Made by a program: the position numbers and the translations under genes. A DNA stretch of 29,552 nt from a virus (Duplodnaviria > Caudoviricetes), in the IMG/VR virus record IMGVR_UViG_3300006737_000119, positions 1-29,552 of that record; one strand, 5' to 3'. Positions 9,074 to 18,800 of the stretch are shown piece after piece. How positions within the stretch are numbered: the stretch's first letter is position 1; each line of letters begins with the position of its first letter. The notes beneath the pieces were generated by a model, which made no database searches, was not told where the DNA came from, and was given only the letters and a program-made list of their open reading frames with translations.

Positions 9074-12000
9074 TTAATCTGTGTCTCCAAGGTCTTGTAC
9101 TGTTATGTTGAAAGTAACCGGCGTGTATACGCAACTTCCGTCATCAATGTCAGCGTTTGGATTATAATTTGTAGCGTTTACATCTGTACAACCAGGCACT
9201 GGTGACGGTGATGGTGGAGGTGGATTACTTGCGGTTGTAGTAGTAGCTGTAGAAGTCGTTGTTGTGGTAGTGGTAGTGGTAGAAGCTGTATCTGTTTGTC
9301 CTGATGATCTTATAGAGCTCAACACTTCTATACCTTGAAAGTTAAACTCAGAGCTATTTAAATCGTTAATAGTTCTAGTTGATTTACCTTTCATAACTGA
9401 AAACCATTTACCTTCTTTTTCTTTAAATTCCATCTCGCTGGATTCTTGTAAATCAGTTTCGCCACTTTCTACATACCAACCTTTCTTTTCTTGTAAATTA
9501 TAATACTCACCATCATCAACAACAAGGGTGTTACCAGCAGAATCTACAACAGATTGAGTTAAAAATTGAGTTATTTTAGCTTGAGAACCTTCATACTTCA
9601 TAGATCCAAAACTTTTAACAATGTCTGATTCAGCGTTAAATACTATGTCTAGATAAGAATCATACTGATCTCCATAAAAATTATTATGTACACTGTTGTT
9701 ATGATGCAACCATATCCTACCGTTTTTAAATGTATAATAATTACTATTTATACTAACACCGTTTTCAGGTATAAAAGATTTAAAACTAACCCAACCTTTA
9801 GCATTTTCACTAAAAGAAATAGTTTTATTACTGTTTACTAACGTTAAATTATATTCTGACTTTCTATCGTCAAAACTACCTAATAATACACTATTGTTTT
9901 TTAAATTATTTTTAAAGTAATCACTCATACCGACCTCAGATATAGGTGTTATTCCATCTCCAGATAGTCTTAACACTTTACCTCTTTGTTTGTCTGTAAA
10001 ATACATTCTAAAAGACTCCTCCGCATAAGATTCTGGATTTGTAGATATACCAAACTCTCCAGCAAAAGTAGTTACGTTACCCAACACGGCGTTAGAAGCG
10101 GTTAATTGAGGATTGCCATCAGCGTTGTATAAAGCATCTTTATTAGCTATTATTTTTAAAACTTTATCTTCACAAAAAGCAACTAAATTGGTATCCCTTG
10201 TTTTTAGCTTTTGTATACTACCATAAACAGGATTTACATCTTTAGTTATTTTTTCTGCGGCTATAAATTGATTTAAATTGTTAACACCACTATTAGAGTT
10301 ATAAATACCAGAATATATTAAGCCATTCGTTCTATACTCTTCTTTATAAGGTGTTTCTAAAACAGTTGACACTCTCACACCTTTATCTAATCTAACTGCA
10401 TTAAAATCATCTCTAATTCTATCTGATTCAACTCCATTGCCAAACGTATAACAATTAAAATAAGGTAATTTAACTTTTGTGTTTGTTATATTTCTATCTA
10501 GTTTTAACAAAACAAAATCACTACTGCTACCAACGTAAAACGGAGCTGTTCCATCTTGAAAATTATTACTTGTGCTCCATCCTGAAAAATAATTTATCCT
10601 TGCGGTTGTATAACTTCCATCGTGTCTTGTAAATTTTAATTCAGTGCCTATAAAATCTAAGTTTAAATTATGAAAGACGGAAGCTGTAGGGGCGCTACCT
10701 CCAGGCGTTGATGCGCTATCACCTAAAACTGGGTTAGTTGATGACACAGCGCTAGTATTATCTATTATACCTATTTCATCAGTTTTAATGTTTAACAATA
10801 ACGTGTTACCACCGTGTCCAGTTGGACCCCAATCGTATAAAACAGTATTTTCAGGAAGATACAAACCTTGATCTCCTACAACATCAGAGCATGTAACTAT
10901 AGATCCGTAAGGCGCAAATAATTCATTTGTTTTGTGATCTAAAAAAGTAGGATAAGCTTGACTAGCCTCGTAATAAATATCTATTCCTTTATCTTCTTTT
11001 GGCTCTGTTTCCCATACTGCTGGATTTTCTGTAAACACAGGCTCTTCATCTCCAGTAGAAAAATCAACTATTTCTAAAGTGTTAGACCTCATAAGCCCAG
11101 ACGCTACTGATTCTGTGAAAGTAGCATTTTGCCCTAAGGAGTGTAACGCAGTACTTGCATGGTTAGCTGTGTAACTAGGCGTGTAAGCTGAGCTAATATT
11201 ATCATAGTCACCATAACCATATTTAGTTGGGTCCCAGCTAGTGTAAGAACCAACAGTTGGTGTGTATTGATTTTGGTAGTTAAATGGATACAAACCCTCT
11301 TCTTCTGGAAAAAACTCATAAGTACCACTGTTGTCTTGCGTGTCATTTAACCTCCATCCAGTTGTTTTAAATTTTATATATAATCTAATACACTTGTTAT
11401 TTTTTTCTTTTCTTTGTGAGTTTTTTGAACCGTAGTTTAATATACCAACACCATTAGTGTTACCACTAGCCGAACTAGTGACAGACGATATTCTGTATAT
11501 ATGTTGAAGAGGATCTTCTTTCCATCTAAACTTAGTATTGCTATTAGATATCTTGGTTAAAAAATCTTGATTAGCCTGCTTGTTATTAGAAACGTCATAA
11601 CCATTTTTGTTTGTGTCTTTAATTTTTTGCAGAGTTAGCTCCATGGTGCATTCTAAACTCTTTTTAGCGCTATTAGCACCTCTACCGCTTGTTATGTCAT
11701 CTCCAATAATTCCATAACCATCATCTTCTGGATATGGACCACTTAAACCTGTTCCACCACCCGTACCAACTTGCCCTCTACTAGCGCCGTCAATGAGCCA
11801 TCTTTCGCCAACTGAGCTCCAAAAAGCATCGTCTGAATTTGATTGGGTAGTATTTAAATAATACTGCTGTATAGTTTGTTGAATATTTATACTAGGAGAA
11901 GGGTTTGCCACACTTCTAATATTATCATCTATAGAAATATCTCTTTTTATTTTTACAAAAAACCTACCATTAAACTCTGATTTATTCTTTACTACTTTTC

Positions 12001-12913
12001 TAGCTAACTTTATAGTTGGCGTTCCAGCTCCAGTCGGTAAAATAGAAGTTATAGTACCCGAAGCATCAGTGTTAGTAGTTGAAGAAGCCCCTATTAATGG
12101 TTTTGATAAGTTAATTATTAAATTTGTATCTTTATACATATTAGCAACGTCTAACCAACCTGTTCTACCACTAGTTGTAGATATATCCAATACAACGTTT
12201 TCAAGTGGCCAACCTATAAAACCAGTAGTACTACTAGTCGCCCCACCATCATTGTCTAGTAAACCATCATAAAATACTGTTTCAGTCCAGTCTGTATCAC
12301 CTGCGGTACTACTCCAAGCTATAGTTATTTTATCCGAACCAGGTGTTGCAGTTGACACGGCTACATCGGCCTCTGTTCCGTATAACTCATAATCAGTTTT
12401 TATATAATCAGGAGCTTCATTACTTATATCTATAACTTTATATTTTACATCTTCATAAATAGCATCTTGATTACCGGCTTTCTTTTTTAATATTAAAAAT
12501 GTATCTTCTTGTATTTTATTTCTTTCAGCTGATGGAAATGACAACCAAATATTTCCATCTTCAGCGTCATACCATTTGTCCATACAAACATTGTAATACT
12601 CATTTGAAGTTTCTTTAATAAAGTATTTATATGAATGAACCCAGCTAGGCGTTATGTTTTGTAAGTTAGCTACAATAGAATTTTTGTGGTCACTTAATTT
12701 TTTAGGAATTGTAAAAGAAGAATTTGTTGAAGTAAAAACAGGTGTTTCTCTACCATACTTATCTCTGTAAACAACCCCTACCTCATAATTTCTTAATGAT
12801 TTTAAAGATTTTTCGCCAGTAATTCCACTCTTACTTTCAGATTGTGTGTTGGCTACTATTTTTATTTTAGTAGCTAATGATAATACCGGAGATGAAGTTG
12901 AAGATGTTGCCAT
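9074..12913 (-). CDS. Tail stabilisation/muzzle (nozzle)-like protein, C-terminal part (1279 aa)
   Basis: Beta-rich blocks such as YEVGVVYRDKYGRETPV, YGSIQKL, GEFGISTNPES, MYFTDKQRGKVLRLSGDG and ISFSENAKGWVSFKSF resemble the propeller regions of P22 gp10/crAss muzzle-type proteins as I recall them. It follows the ring genes. Confidence 0.7.
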   Translation of the reverse strand: MATSSTSSPVLSLATKIKIVANTQSESKSGITGEKSLKSLRNYEVGVVYRDKYGRETPVFTSTNSSFTIPKKLSDHKNSIVANLQNITPSWVHSYKYFIKETSNEYYNVCMDKWYDAEDGNIWLSFPSAERNKIQEDTFLILKKKAGNQDAIYEDVKYKVIDISNEAPDYIKTDYELYGTEADVAVSTATPGSDKITIAWSSTAGDTDWTETVFYDGLLDNDGGATSSTTGFIGWPLENVVLDISTTSGRTGWLDVANMYKDTNLIINLSKPLIGASSTTNTDASGTITSILPTGAGTPTIKLARKVVKNKSEFNGRFFVKIKRDISIDDNIRSVANPSPSINIQQTIQQYYLNTTQSNSDDAFWSSVGERWLIDGASRGQVGTGGGTGLSGPYPEDDGYGIIGDDITSGRGANSAKKSLECTMELTLQKIKDTNKNGYDVSNNKQANQDFLTKISNSNTKFRWKEDPLQHIYRISSVTSSASGNTNGVGILNYGSKNSQRKEKNNKCIRLYIKFKTTGWRLNDTQDNSGTYEFFPEEEGLYPFNYQNQYTPTVGSYTSWDPTKYGYGDYDNISSAYTPSYTANHASTALHSLGQNATFTESVASGLMRSNTLEIVDFSTGDEEPVFTENPAVWETEPKEDKGIDIYYEASQAYPTFLDHKTNELFAPYGSIVTCSDVVGDQGLYLPENTVLYDWGPTGHGGNTLLLNIKTDEIGIIDNTSAVSSTNPVLGDSASTPGGSAPTASVFHNLNLDFIGTELKFTRHDGSYTTARINYFSGWSTSNNFQDGTAPFYVGSSSDFVLLKLDRNITNTKVKLPYFNCYTFGNGVESDRIRDDFNAVRLDKGVRVSTVLETPYKEEYRTNGLIYSGIYNSNSGVNNLNQFIAAEKITKDVNPVYGSIQKLKTRDTNLVAFCEDKVLKIIANKDALYNADGNPQLTASNAVLGNVTTFAGEFGISTNPESYAEESFRMYFTDKQRGKVLRLSGDGITPISEVGMSDYFKNNLKNNSVLLGSFDDRKSEYNLTLVNSNKTISFSENAKGWVSFKSFIPENGVSINSNYYTFKNGRIWLHHNNSVHNNFYGDQYDSYLDIVFNAESDIVKSFGSMKYEGSQAKITQFLTQSVVDSAGNTLVVDDGEYYNLQEKKGWYVESGETDLQESSEMEFKEKEGKWFSVMKGKSTRTINDLNSSEFNFQGIEVLSSIRSSGQTDTASTTTTTTTTTSTATTTTASNPPPPSPSPVPGCTDVNATNYNPNADIDDGSCVYTPVTFNITVQDLGDTD
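9125..9289 (-). repeat. Thr/Pro low-complexity linker followed by a single GCTD...DDGSC motif
   Basis: Encodes TASTTTTTTTTSTATTTTASNPPPPSPSPVP then GCTDVNATNYNPNADIDDGSCVY. Confidence 0.85.
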
Positions 12914-12914
12914 A

Positions 12915-14750
12915 TTATATTAAGTTGTAATTTTGTAAATAATTAGCATAGACAATTCTATTGCCTACAATTTCTTGTGCCTTAGCGTTTCTAGGAACAT
13001 TATCCCATGGTCTTAGTAATTGATTAGAAGCAACAGCAGCTCTAACCATTTCTGATGTTATTCTTATAGCCCCTTTGGTTCTAGCATATTGATAAGCTCC
13101 GGCTGGCAAAGAAGAAACAGTAGAAGGAGATCCGTACGCGTCCCATTCGTCATCAGTTACCTTAATATTTTTAACGGTGTATATATTATTAGAGTTAGAT
13201 TCCTTATATAATATATCTACTTCTAAAATATTTTTAGGTAAAGAATCTAAATCTTCAATAAAATCCATTATATACAAACTTCTTAATGTGTTTACCATAC
13301 CTGTATTATAGCCTTCTTTAGGCACATAATTAAAATCACCTGGTAAAAAAGCTGGTTCTGAAAAGGGAGAATAAGCTGAATATTGGTTGTTAACATATTT
13401 ATATCTATAAGCAAACCTTGGAAATTTAAACTCATACAAAGGTTTTTCTTGTTTTAACATAGAATAAAATAAAACTGGAATTGGATTTCCAGCGCTTGAA
13501 AGAACGTTTAAAGCTCCATCACTTGGGTTTTCATTTATCCAGTTTATTTTTACTTTAGCGGCACCAGTGTTGTACTCTATAATTTCTATAATAACCTCAT
13601 AATTATCAAGATCTCCATCGATAAAATCTTCAAATCTTCTTAATATCACTAAGTCACCAGGTAAATAATCGGGTATTGTACCTGTAAAAGTAATTTCTTT
13701 AATAGTTCCAGGTGAAAGAGTTTCATCATTGTGATCAATAAACACTGTTGAAACTTGACTACGTAAAGAAGATAATGTTCCGTCACTTTTTATTCTACCA
13801 TCTGATGTGTTGCTAAGTATTAATGTCGGTGGGTATAAAGGTGATTTTTTTATTACAGTGATATATTCTTCAGATAAATAAGGTGGTTGAACTCTGAAGT
13901 CTATTCTATTAACACCTTGATAAGTTATAACTGTACCGTCTTCTTTTTTAACTGGTATTGTAGAGTGATAAGCACCACCTGGATCTGTTCCTTCTTTTAT
14001 GTCTTTAATATTTATTCTTTTAGGTTCTTTGTTTCCATCCACATAAAACAAATGATTATCTAGAATATTCAAACCAGTTATTTTTGAAGTAGTAAAATTT
14101 AAAGTTCTTTCTGATTTAAATACAACATCTTGACCTACGTTAGTGGAGTAACCACCCGTAAATAAACTGTTTGAAGAAGAATTACTATCCATGTATACCT
14201 TCCAAGTATTCGTGTCTTTTTCCATGTACTGAACAAATAATCCATCTGAAAAGCTTATTGGTATATTTGAAAAAACACCTTGTATCTGCATGCCTGGCCT
14301 TACGTTTGTAATGTTTGTAGTATCGCCTTCGTCGCTAATAACAAGGTGAGTAGCTGGTTGACCGGCTTGATTACCAACTGTAGACGCTATTGTTTTTCTT
14401 ACCAGATATTTATCTGCAACTACAACTCTTGCATTTTGTATAGCTAAATCATATTCTAAAATATAATCGGAATAATTGCTAGGGTCGTAAACTAAATAAT
14501 ATATTTTGTTGTTTTTTTCATCAGCTATAGAACCAACTATTTGAGCGTTAACACCAAGTTGATCTGTAAACGTGTTGTTAAAAGTTTTATCTAAGTTACC
14601 TTTAATAGTTTGTAACGTCCCAGCAGCTTTATCATCTGTTGTAGAAATTTGAACGTTTAAAGCGTCTCTATATTCTCCATTTGGTATGATTCTTTCGTCT
14701 AAATCTTTGTTCATTTTAGAAGAACCAAAACCTTGTTTTAACTCTGGCAT
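12915..14750 (-). CDS. Tail stabilisation/muzzle-like protein, N-terminal part (611 aa)
   Basis: N-terminus FGSSKMNKDLDERIIPNGEYRDALNV matches the F-x-x-x-M-N-x-D...Y-x-x-A-x-N start I associate with this family. Also FAYRYKY...YSAYSPFS and DNVPRNAKAQEIVGNRIVYANY. Confidence 0.7.
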   Translation of the reverse strand: MPELKQGFGSSKMNKDLDERIIPNGEYRDALNVQISTTDDKAAGTLQTIKGNLDKTFNNTFTDQLGVNAQIVGSIADEKNNKIYYLVYDPSNYSDYILEYDLAIQNARVVVADKYLVRKTIASTVGNQAGQPATHLVISDEGDTTNITNVRPGMQIQGVFSNIPISFSDGLFVQYMEKDTNTWKVYMDSNSSSNSLFTGGYSTNVGQDVVFKSERTLNFTTSKITGLNILDNHLFYVDGNKEPKRINIKDIKEGTDPGGAYHSTIPVKKEDGTVITYQGVNRIDFRVQPPYLSEEYITVIKKSPLYPPTLILSNTSDGRIKSDGTLSSLRSQVSTVFIDHNDETLSPGTIKEITFTGTIPDYLPGDLVILRRFEDFIDGDLDNYEVIIEIIEYNTGAAKVKINWINENPSDGALNVLSSAGNPIPVLFYSMLKQEKPLYEFKFPRFAYRYKYVNNQYSAYSPFSEPAFLPGDFNYVPKEGYNTGMVNTLRSLYIMDFIEDLDSLPKNILEVDILYKESNSNNIYTVKNIKVTDDEWDAYGSPSTVSSLPAGAYQYARTKGAIRITSEMVRAAVASNQLLRPWDNVPRNAKAQEIVGNRIVYANYLQNYNLI

Positions 14751-14753
14751 ATT

Positions 14754-15641
14754 TTAATGTTTTATAAATTTAGATTTACCCCTCATTATTTGAGTTAATT
14801 CTTCTATTTTTAAATTCGACAATCTTAATTTAGCTTTTCTTATTTCTGCTGATTTTTGTCTTTGAAAAACAGGTGCTAAAGCCTGCCCGTTCATTGTTGT
14901 TGAAAGTATAGCGTAAGCAATAGACTTATACATAGCTTCTTCAGCAAATTTATGTACAATCATTTCTGAATCTGTTCCTAATCCATCGCTTATATATTTT
15001 AATATTACAGTTTTTCCTGATATATTAGATGAAAAATGTATATTTCCTTTTAATTCATCTATATAAAAAGAACCGTTAGCTTGTGCGTGAGAGGGTTCTA
15101 AACCGTATCTTTGCCCCATGTTAGGCCAAAAAGTGTCGTCTTCATAATCATCTTTTATTTCCGCTGGTGTGTTAGATTTATATCTTGACCAAGTAGTTGA
15201 TTGATCGTTTTCTATTAGAGAAGTTGTGTCATCAGTCCCATCATCGTCAGTGTCAAAACTATAACTACCATCAGAAGCTTGTTTTATAGAAAACGGATTT
15301 GATGTTTTAGAAGCAGGGTATATCACATGCTCTACACCAGCGCCATCCGCCCAAGTTAGCTTAACATAGTTCACGTAATCTTGAGGTAATTGCATCGTTA
15401 AAGAAGGTGGTAGTTCTATTTCTTGAGATTTAGTAGATTTAAATGTGTCATAACTTAATTCTTGTATAGCTCTTTGGGCGTGAAAAGAAACATCAACTCT
15501 TTTTACTTTAGGTATAATTTTACCTTCTCCGACGTAAGCTATCATAAAGTTATTTATTATATTGCTTAGCGATATAAATTGATAACCACCAAAGTCACTA
15601 CCAGTATAATAATCTTTTGCTGTTTCGTTTAATAATCCCAT
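14754..15641 (-). CDS. Putative tail ring/tubular (adaptor) protein 2 (295 aa)
   Basis: LPQDYVNYVKL motif with helical termini (AQRAIQEL; EEAMYKSIAYAIL), typical of P22 gp4/T7 gp11-like adaptors. Located between the capsid and muzzle genes. Confidence 0.6.
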   Translation of the reverse strand: MGLLNETAKDYYTGSDFGGYQFISLSNIINNFMIAYVGEGKIIPKVKRVDVSFHAQRAIQELSYDTFKSTKSQEIELPPSLTMQLPQDYVNYVKLTWADGAGVEHVIYPASKTSNPFSIKQASDGSYSFDTDDDGTDDTTSLIENDQSTTWSRYKSNTPAEIKDDYEDDTFWPNMGQRYGLEPSHAQANGSFYIDELKGNIHFSSNISGKTVILKYISDGLGTDSEMIVHKFAEEAMYKSIAYAILSTTMNGQALAPVFQRQKSAEIRKAKLRLSNLKIEELTQIMRGKSKFIKH

Positions 15642-15650
15642 TTATTTTTT

Positions 15651-16325
15651 TTATTTTTGTTGTACTGCGTTTACTAATTCAGGTTTGTTTATAACTATAC
15701 CTGCTAATTGTAATATTTTTGTAACCAAATTGGTTTCTTCTGAAATATGTAGTTCAAAATTATTTGCTGTAGCTGCATTATAAAAAGCTTGTTCGTTAAC
15801 AACCACATAACCCCACTCTGCTTTTGAAGGTTTTTTAACATAACTACAAGAGACTCCACTGGTGATACTTGGATTAGATATTATTCTAATATTTTCCGTC
15901 CTACGCATATATAACGGTCGAGAATTAGTTGGGGTTGTTAAAGGTGAGTTGTAGTAATCTAATAATTCATTTTCGTTAATTTCTTGAATTTTTACGCCAT
16001 CTTCTAATACACTAGTATTTGAATACCAAAGTGTTCCTAATTTATACATGTCTGATGGATACAAAAAGAACGAACCTACCTTAGTTAAATTAGACCGTGT
16101 TTTAAATAAACTTATTTTTTCGTTTAATGTTTTTATAATATCAGAGTATTCAGTATCGTTACCAACGGCCGCTTGCGCTTGTGCCATTTGTATAAAGTAC
16201 TCTTCAAATATAGTTAATTGAGCTTGGTTAGCTAGTAAATTATATTCTTGAGGCGTTATATATCCCCTTTGTTCTTTATTGGCTATCGCCAAAACTCTTT
16301 GATATACTGTATCTATATTTACCAT
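15651..16325 (-). CDS. Putative tail ring/tubular (adaptor) protein 1 (224 aa)
   Basis: ANKEQRGYITPQEYNLLANQAQL, YPSDMYKL, SYVKKPSKAEW and FELHISEETNLVTKILQLAGI show an adaptor-like layout. Position supports the call. Confidence 0.6.
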   Translation of the reverse strand: MVNIDTVYQRVLAIANKEQRGYITPQEYNLLANQAQLTIFEEYFIQMAQAQAAVGNDTEYSDIIKTLNEKISLFKTRSNLTKVGSFFLYPSDMYKLGTLWYSNTSVLEDGVKIQEINENELLDYYNSPLTTPTNSRPLYMRRTENIRIISNPSITSGVSCSYVKKPSKAEWGYVVVNEQAFYNAATANNFELHISEETNLVTKILQLAGIVINKPELVNAVQQK

Positions 16326-16338
16326 ATTTTTTTATATT

Positions 16339-16377
16339 TGTAGTTTGCAATCGCCCCGTAGGGCGACTGCTCCTACA
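16339..16377 (-). promoter_or_regulatory. Intergenic GC-rich RNA hairpin with a C(UACG)G tetraloop and no U-tract
   Basis: Minus strand TGTAG-GA-GCAGTCGCCC-TACG-GGGCGATTGC-AAA-CTACA: 10-bp upper stem (one G-U), an internal loop and a 5-bp lower stem, ending 13 nt before the ATG at 16325. Confidence 0.75.
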
Positions 16378-16383
16378 GTTAGA

Positions 16384-17214
16384 TTATTTTAATCTTTTTT
16401 CAATATTAGAATAAATTTCCATTCCTTCATCAGTTTTAAACCAAGAGGCTAAAGCTGAGTATGGATGTTCATCAAATGGAACTGTCATTAACTTTCTTCC
16501 AGTTGATCCCCACATAAATGTTCTTTGGTCTGGAGATAATTTAATTATATCCATTTCAGTTGCTTTTATACCAAAGTTTCTAAGTTGAATGTTTTCATCA
16601 GTGACTAATTCTAAGAACAATCTTGGGTTTTTCTTAGCGAATAGTAACAAATCTCTTTTAAGCTCCTTAGAACTCAAGTCTGACACTCTAGAACCTATCT
16701 CTGCTCTCATAACAGCTTCCATCATATCTATGTCTAAGTTGCTTGCCGCTTGTAGCGCAGCCACTTCAAACTCTAACCAATCTAATTGATCCTCTGCTTG
16801 CTGTACTGGTTTCCACTCTTCGTAAGATTTGTCTCTATGAGGGTGGTATAAAGAAAGTAATTTTTGTAAAACTGTTTTCTCTCTAGGAACACTTAGCGCT
16901 CCATTTCTAAAAATTATATGAGATAATCTTTGATCTCCTTTCATTTCATCAACAAAAGCCGTTCTTTGGTTCTCACAGTATTTTAACTCTCTTTCGTAAC
17001 CTTTTTCTTCGTCAAAATAATAAATATTTGCAGACTTAATCATTTTACTTAAAGGTTTTTTACCTCCTTTTAAATAATACATTCTATCTTTTATTTCCCA
17101 AGTATCTTTTTTTGGTGTTGGTAAGGGTTTTTCTTTAACAATCACCTTTGGTTGTTCTACAACCTCTACAACCTCTTCGGTTGTTTCTTTTTTTGTTTCT
17201 TTTTTCTTTGCCAT
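16384..17214 (-). CDS. Conserved phage protein downstream of the major capsid gene (276 aa), probably virion-associated
   Basis: Lys/Glu-rich N-terminal arm followed by a globular region. Occupies the position of the conserved post-MCP gene in crAss-like capsid modules (inference). Confidence 0.5.
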   Translation of the reverse strand: MAKKKETKKETTEEVVEVVEQPKVIVKEKPLPTPKKDTWEIKDRMYYLKGGKKPLSKMIKSANIYYFDEEKGYERELKYCENQRTAFVDEMKGDQRLSHIIFRNGALSVPREKTVLQKLLSLYHPHRDKSYEEWKPVQQAEDQLDWLEFEVAALQAASNLDIDMMEAVMRAEIGSRVSDLSSKELKRDLLLFAKKNPRLFLELVTDENIQLRNFGIKATEMDIIKLSPDQRTFMWGSTGRKLMTVPFDEHPYSALASWFKTDEGMEIYSNIEKRLK

Positions 17215-17237
17215 AATATAATATATAATAAAATTAA

Positions 17238-17273
17238 TAAAACAAAAGGCCGAGGCCGAAGCCCCGGTCTTTT
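17238..17273 (-). terminator. Rho-independent terminator after the major capsid gene
   Basis: Minus strand AAAAGACCGGGGC-TTCG-GCCTCGGCCTTTTGTTTTA: GC stem, C(UUCG)G tetraloop and U-rich tail, starting 14 nt after the MCP stop. Confidence 0.85.
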
Positions 17274-17287
17274 AATATAATAAATGC

Positions 17288-18775
17288 TTAGTTCATTAAC
17301 ATGAAGTTATTAGCACCTTGTACAATTAAACATCTTTCAGATAAGTAATGTACCTCCATTGCATCTAAATCAGATGTAGTCGCTCCAACCGAACCAGTAG
17401 TCCAAGTTTTCATTTTTCTATCGTCTGATTGAGAAGATCTATATCTAACGTGTAGGAATGGTCTCTTAAGATTTTTTCCTAAGTTTTGATCATAAACAGA
17501 AGATACACCCGCTGGGATAATAACCCCTCTAACCGCGTTAACTGTATCCATAGCGTTTATAGAACCTCTAGTTGCAAAGTCATTTAAGTATTTCCAATCA
17601 GATTTATAGAAATCATAAGAACCTCTTCTAAATCCAGAGAAACCTAAATTAAGCGCCATGTCTTCTTCGTTGTCGAATACCCCGTAAGAAGTACCTCCAG
17701 CTCCGTAAGAATTCATAGAAGCTAACATATCATCCATAGCTAAAGCAGTTGCTCTATCAACAAACATCATGTTTTCTTCAATAGCACCCTGCTTATCAAA
17801 CTCAGCTAAGATAGCGTCAAATTCAGCTAAATCAGTAGCAGCGTTAACTCCCGTGATACCTGAAGTCATGTTACCTCTTGTTTCAATAGCAGAGAATAAA
17901 CCTTCTGTACCGAAAGTATTACCAGCAGCTCCATATAATTCACTATCAAGTAGTGTAGAACCAGGTGTACCAGCAACAGATTCAATCATTGCCATTTCAA
18001 CGTAATCAGTAAAACGAGCTCTAGTGTCACCTTCGGCTTTTAAGTACCATAAGTAACCATTTTGCCCGTCTTCTCCAGAAACTTCAACCCAACCAATTGC
18101 AGATGCATCAGAACCTGATACAGCGTATTTATCTTTTAAGATAATTGGTTTGTTAGAGAAAGAAGTAAATTGAGGTTCGTTTTGCCCTTCTCTACCGTTA
18201 GTTCCTTTTGCGTACTCAGAACCAACAACTAATACTCTAAGAGCTGAACCTGTTGTTGCTGTAATACCAGCAGCTGTAGCTGTGTTAGCTCCATAGAAAC
18301 CAACAGAGATACGACCAGTAGCAGCTGCAACCGCAGTTACAACACCTCTAGTAGTAGTGTTAGCGTCAGCCATTAAAAGGATGTCATTAACTCTAATACC
18401 ATGATCGTTATCAGAATAAACATTAGTACTTTGGTTACCATCAATATCAGATACAATAGTAATCGTACCACCGGCAGTAGTATCTACCTTCTGTGAAACG
18501 TGAGACATTGTTGCGATATATGATAAATGTAGTCTACCTTGTTCTGACCAAACTACTTGGTCTGAAGTCATAGACTCCTCTGCTCCAACTTGTTCTAAGA
18601 ATCCTGAAATAGTTCTGTTTCCAAAAACTTCAGCTTCCTTTTCCATTAAGTCAGGCAGATATTGTTGAGCCCAACCTGCCGTAGCAGTGGCTGTAAAATC
18701 GATGTAGTTAGAAGTAAGTGCTTGCTGTACTGGTGCCGGCACACTATTCAAACTACCTCCTGCTGTAATTGCCAT
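17288..18775 (-). CDS. Major capsid protein (495 aa)
   Basis: Follows the portal and scaffold-like genes and is followed by a strong terminator. GTEGLFSAIE, FSGFRRGSYDFYKSDWKYLND and the C-terminal HYLSERCLIVQGANNF are consistent with an HK97-fold, crAss-type MCP. Confidence 0.85.
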   Translation of the reverse strand: MAITAGGSLNSVPAPVQQALTSNYIDFTATATAGWAQQYLPDLMEKEAEVFGNRTISGFLEQVGAEESMTSDQVVWSEQGRLHLSYIATMSHVSQKVDTTAGGTITIVSDIDGNQSTNVYSDNDHGIRVNDILLMADANTTTRGVVTAVAAATGRISVGFYGANTATAAGITATTGSALRVLVVGSEYAKGTNGREGQNEPQFTSFSNKPIILKDKYAVSGSDASAIGWVEVSGEDGQNGYLWYLKAEGDTRARFTDYVEMAMIESVAGTPGSTLLDSELYGAAGNTFGTEGLFSAIETRGNMTSGITGVNAATDLAEFDAILAEFDKQGAIEENMMFVDRATALAMDDMLASMNSYGAGGTSYGVFDNEEDMALNLGFSGFRRGSYDFYKSDWKYLNDFATRGSINAMDTVNAVRGVIIPAGVSSVYDQNLGKNLKRPFLHVRYRSSQSDDRKMKTWTTGSVGATTSDLDAMEVHYLSERCLIVQGANNFMLMN

Positions 18776-18800
18776 AATTTTTAATTTTTAAATTTGTTAT

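Noticed and set aside
11134-11346. 70-aa minus-strand alternate-frame ORF
   Set aside because: Nested inside the 1279-aa tail gene with no motif or start context; a chance ORF.
15225-15260. DTDDDGTDDT acidic loop in ring protein 2
   Set aside because: It matches DxDxDG but looks like a low-complexity acidic insert; too weak to call a Ca site.
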